A stretch of DNA of 64,000 nt from Patescibacteria group bacterium (GTDB lineage Bacteria; Patescibacteriota; Minisyncoccia; Minisyncoccales; UBA5738): the NCBI GenBank assembly GCA_022710775.1, contig JAKLGH010000002.1, positions 12,707 through 76,706 on the forward strand, read 5' to 3'. The notes below the pieces were generated by a model that was not told the origin of the DNA, ran no database searches, and saw only the letters and a program-made list of their open reading frames with translations. Shown piece by piece: positions 61,956 to 64,000 of this stretch. Made by a program: the position numbers and the translations under genes. How positions within the stretch are numbered: the first letter of the stretch is position 1; every line of letters starts with the position of its first letter.

Positions 61956-62465
61956 TCAGCTTTGCTGATTCCTGTCGCTGTCTTTTGATAATTCAAGCCA
62001 TTTTTCCCTGATTTCCGCGAACGCTCCTTTTGCTTCCGGGGAGGTGGAGATGAACAAGGATCTGGCGTCGATGCTGTCTAAGTCCCATTGGGCTTGAAAC
62101 GCCTCCACCCCGCCGACTATGGCCCAGGCGATGTTTTCATTGTACGCGCAGTCGCCTAAACCGTACTTGGTCCTGATATGGTGGTGTATATCGATGTTGC
62201 CGCGGATGACGCAAGCATCGGCAAACGTTTCTTTGAACCGGGCTTTGATCTGGTGGCCTATGTCGCGTTCAATGATCCTTTGTTTTTGGTCTGGCTTGGG
62301 TCTTGCCTTAATATCGGCAGTGTAGACCAAAGAGGCGATCATCGCGAAAATCTTTTCGGCTATTGCCAGCATATTTTTGTCGCCGGCCGCAAAAAGGTCT
62401 AGGTTTTGAATGTCGAAATCGGAAAGATCGACATCGTTATGCGATCTGAATTTTTGAAGTCCCAT
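61956..62465 (-). CDS. Hypothetical protein (169 aa)
   Basis: A clean ORF. The hairpin gaatcagc-aaa-gctgattc plus T9 overlaps its stop. No family recognised. Confidence 0.5.
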   Translation of the reverse strand: MGLQKFRSHNDVDLSDFDIQNLDLFAAGDKNMLAIAEKIFAMIASLVYTADIKARPKPDQKQRIIERDIGHQIKARFKETFADACVIRGNIDIHHHIRTKYGLGDCAYNENIAWAIVGGVEAFQAQWDLDSIDARSLFISTSPEAKGAFAEIREKWLELSKDSDRNQQS

Positions 62466-62821
62466 TGGATCAGCTCCGCGAAGATATCATAATAAATAAG
62501 GTTAATTTGTCAATTTAAGGCGGGTTCGGTTGGTTTTTCAATATTTAAAGCCGTTATTTTTTTGAGGATCGGGGCTGTGGATAACTTGTTGATTTTGCGG
62601 GGATTTAAGGGGGAGAGGCTGATGATTTGACCCCGTTTTTTGGTTAAGTTAAAATTAAGATACTCACCTTAATATTTTACTCAAAAACGTCTTTTATTTA
62701 AGCAATAAAGCCGATTTAACATCTGCAATTGCTGTGTCCGCCAGGAGAATGCGGCAATACCATGAGAGGTATTAAAGTTTAAAGCTGCCGGTAAAAGATC
62801 GTGCGAATAATCCAAAAAAGA

Positions 62822-64000
62822 AATGGAAAATAAGGTCATCAAAGTTAAAAAAAGAGACGGACGGATTGTAGATTTTAACAAAGAGCGCATTACCAGCGCG
62901 ATTTTTAAGGCTATAACGGCGACGGGCCAGGGCGACGGTATCCGGTCAAAACACCTCACGGAAAAATTTTTAAAGATTTTTCACCGCCGGTTCAAAACCG
63001 GGGAAATGCCGACGGTTGAGCAGATCCAGGATATCGTAGAGGAGCTTTTGATCATGGAAGGGCTGGTTGAGACGGCCAAGGCTTATATCCTTTACCGCGA
63101 GCAGAGGAGAAGGGTGCGCGAATCGATCACCGTATCGGAAGAGGCGGTGGAGCGGGTGGACCAGTACCTGGACAAGCTTGATTGGGAAGTCCAGGAGAAT
63201 GCCAACATGGCCTTTTCTTTGCAGGGTTTGAATCATTACGGCGTGTCCTATATCGTAAAGAAGTACTGGCTTAACAAGATTTACCCCAAAGAGATCCGTG
63301 AAGCCAACGAGTCCGGGGATTTCCATCTTCATAATCTTGATACGCTGGCGCCTTATTGTTCCGGATGGGACTTATACGATTTTCTGCTGAAGGGTTTTGG
63401 CGGAACGCCCGGAAAACTGGAATCCAAACCGCCAAAGCATTTGCGGACAGTGCTGGGACAGATAGTGAATTTCATTTACACCGTTGCCGGGGAGGTGGCG
63501 GGAGCGGTATCTTTTTCGAATTTCGATACGCTGGTGGCGCCGTTTATTTACTATGACAATCTGAACTACCACCAGGTAAAGCAGGCCATGCAGGAATTTC
63601 TGTTCAATATGGCTACGCCGACGCGGGTCGGTTTCCAGTGCCCGTTTTCCAACGTAACGCTTGATCTTACGCCTTCGCCTTCTTTCGCCAAACAGCCGGT
63701 GATCATCGGCGGCAAGCCCCAGGATAAAACCTACGGCGAGTTTCAGGAAGAGATGAACATGTTTAACAAGGCGTTTTACGAAGTGATGCTGGACGGCGAC
63801 AAAAACCAGCGGGTGTTCACTTTTCCGATCCCGACGGTGAGCATTACGAAAAATTTCGACTGGAACAATCCGGCCTTGGAACCGATGTGGGAAGCGACGG
63901 CGAAATACGGCATTAACTACTTTACCAATTACATTAATTCGGATATGAATCCCGAGGATGTCCGCAGCATGTGCTGCCGATTGCGCCTGGAACTAAGCGA
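62822..64000 (+). CDS. nrdD: Anaerobic ribonucleoside-triphosphate reductase (class III), 3' end cut by window edge
   Basis: It is absent from the ORF track because no stop lies within the window. The frame is open for 393 codons. An N-terminal ATP-cone (VIKVKKRDGRIVDFNKERITSAI) is followed by an NrdD-like core (FHLHNLD, FTFPIPT). Confidence 0.85.

Noticed and set aside
62738-62754. A B12-box-like CCGCCAGGAGAATGCGG upstream of nrdD.
   Set aside because: It matches only about 10 of 16 positions of the B12 box, and none of the other cobalamin-riboswitch conserved helices are present upstream.
1-64000. An alternative genetic code (UGA recoding, as in some CPR lineages).
   Set aside because: Well-conserved genes (metK, leuS, topA, ftsZ, hisS) end at, or are uninterrupted by, TGA/TAA/TAG as expected for the standard code 11. 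No in-frame TGA is needed to complete any recognised protein.

Overview
The window reads as a compact, gene-dense bacterial chromosome segment. Gene content suggests a CPR/Patescibacteria (Parcubacteria-like) organism. This is an inference from LVPCG-type T4SS-pilin-like proteins, a bacterial Elp3, EndoQ, a presenilin-type protease, many orphan small proteins and very short intergenic spacers in which terminator T-runs run straight into TTGACA -35 boxes.

Housekeeping genes recognised by motif:
- Metabolism and cell envelope: metK, idi, glmS, iorA/iorB, murA.
- Translation and RNA modification: rlmN, leuS, tsaD, pth, hisS, rpsU, ybeY.
- DNA and cell division: topA, dprA, ftsA, ftsZ, a 3'-truncated nrdD.
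- Secretion: lepB.

RNA genes are tRNA-Arg(CCG) and tRNA-Leu(CAA). I saw no rRNA, CRISPR array, transposase or integrase.

Accessory or unusual content:
1. A GC-rich 1.8-kb locus (1187-2975) with two promoter-to-terminator units, five AGGAGGTGA motifs, an extended 16S-3'-end-complementary segment and only micro-ORFs.
2. An AT-rich type II restriction-modification island (3047-5133).
3. An unclassified structured RNA-like element in four copies on both strands (8745-8909 minus, 13013-13212, 24448-24618, 36417-36545). One copy splits iorA from iorB.
4. A presenilin-type GxGD protease next to a T4SS-pilin-like protein with a Cys-rich tail. A paralog plus a TSP3-repeat protein lie at 20.5-23 kb.
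5. A promoter-to-terminator small RNA candidate (23077-23240).
6. An orphan winged-helix/nuclease cassette block (27.5-29.9 kb).
7. A mosaic island between tRNA-Leu and topA, containing a GIY-YIG cassette with inverted repeats, a duplicated tRNA 3' end, and a roughly 70-nt relic copy of the topA 3' end flanking a single-gene cassette.
8. A tandem array of four secreted paralogs, three with archaeal-style class III (prepilin-like) signal sequences.

All calls come from reading the sequence and the ORF track. No database search or computation was run.
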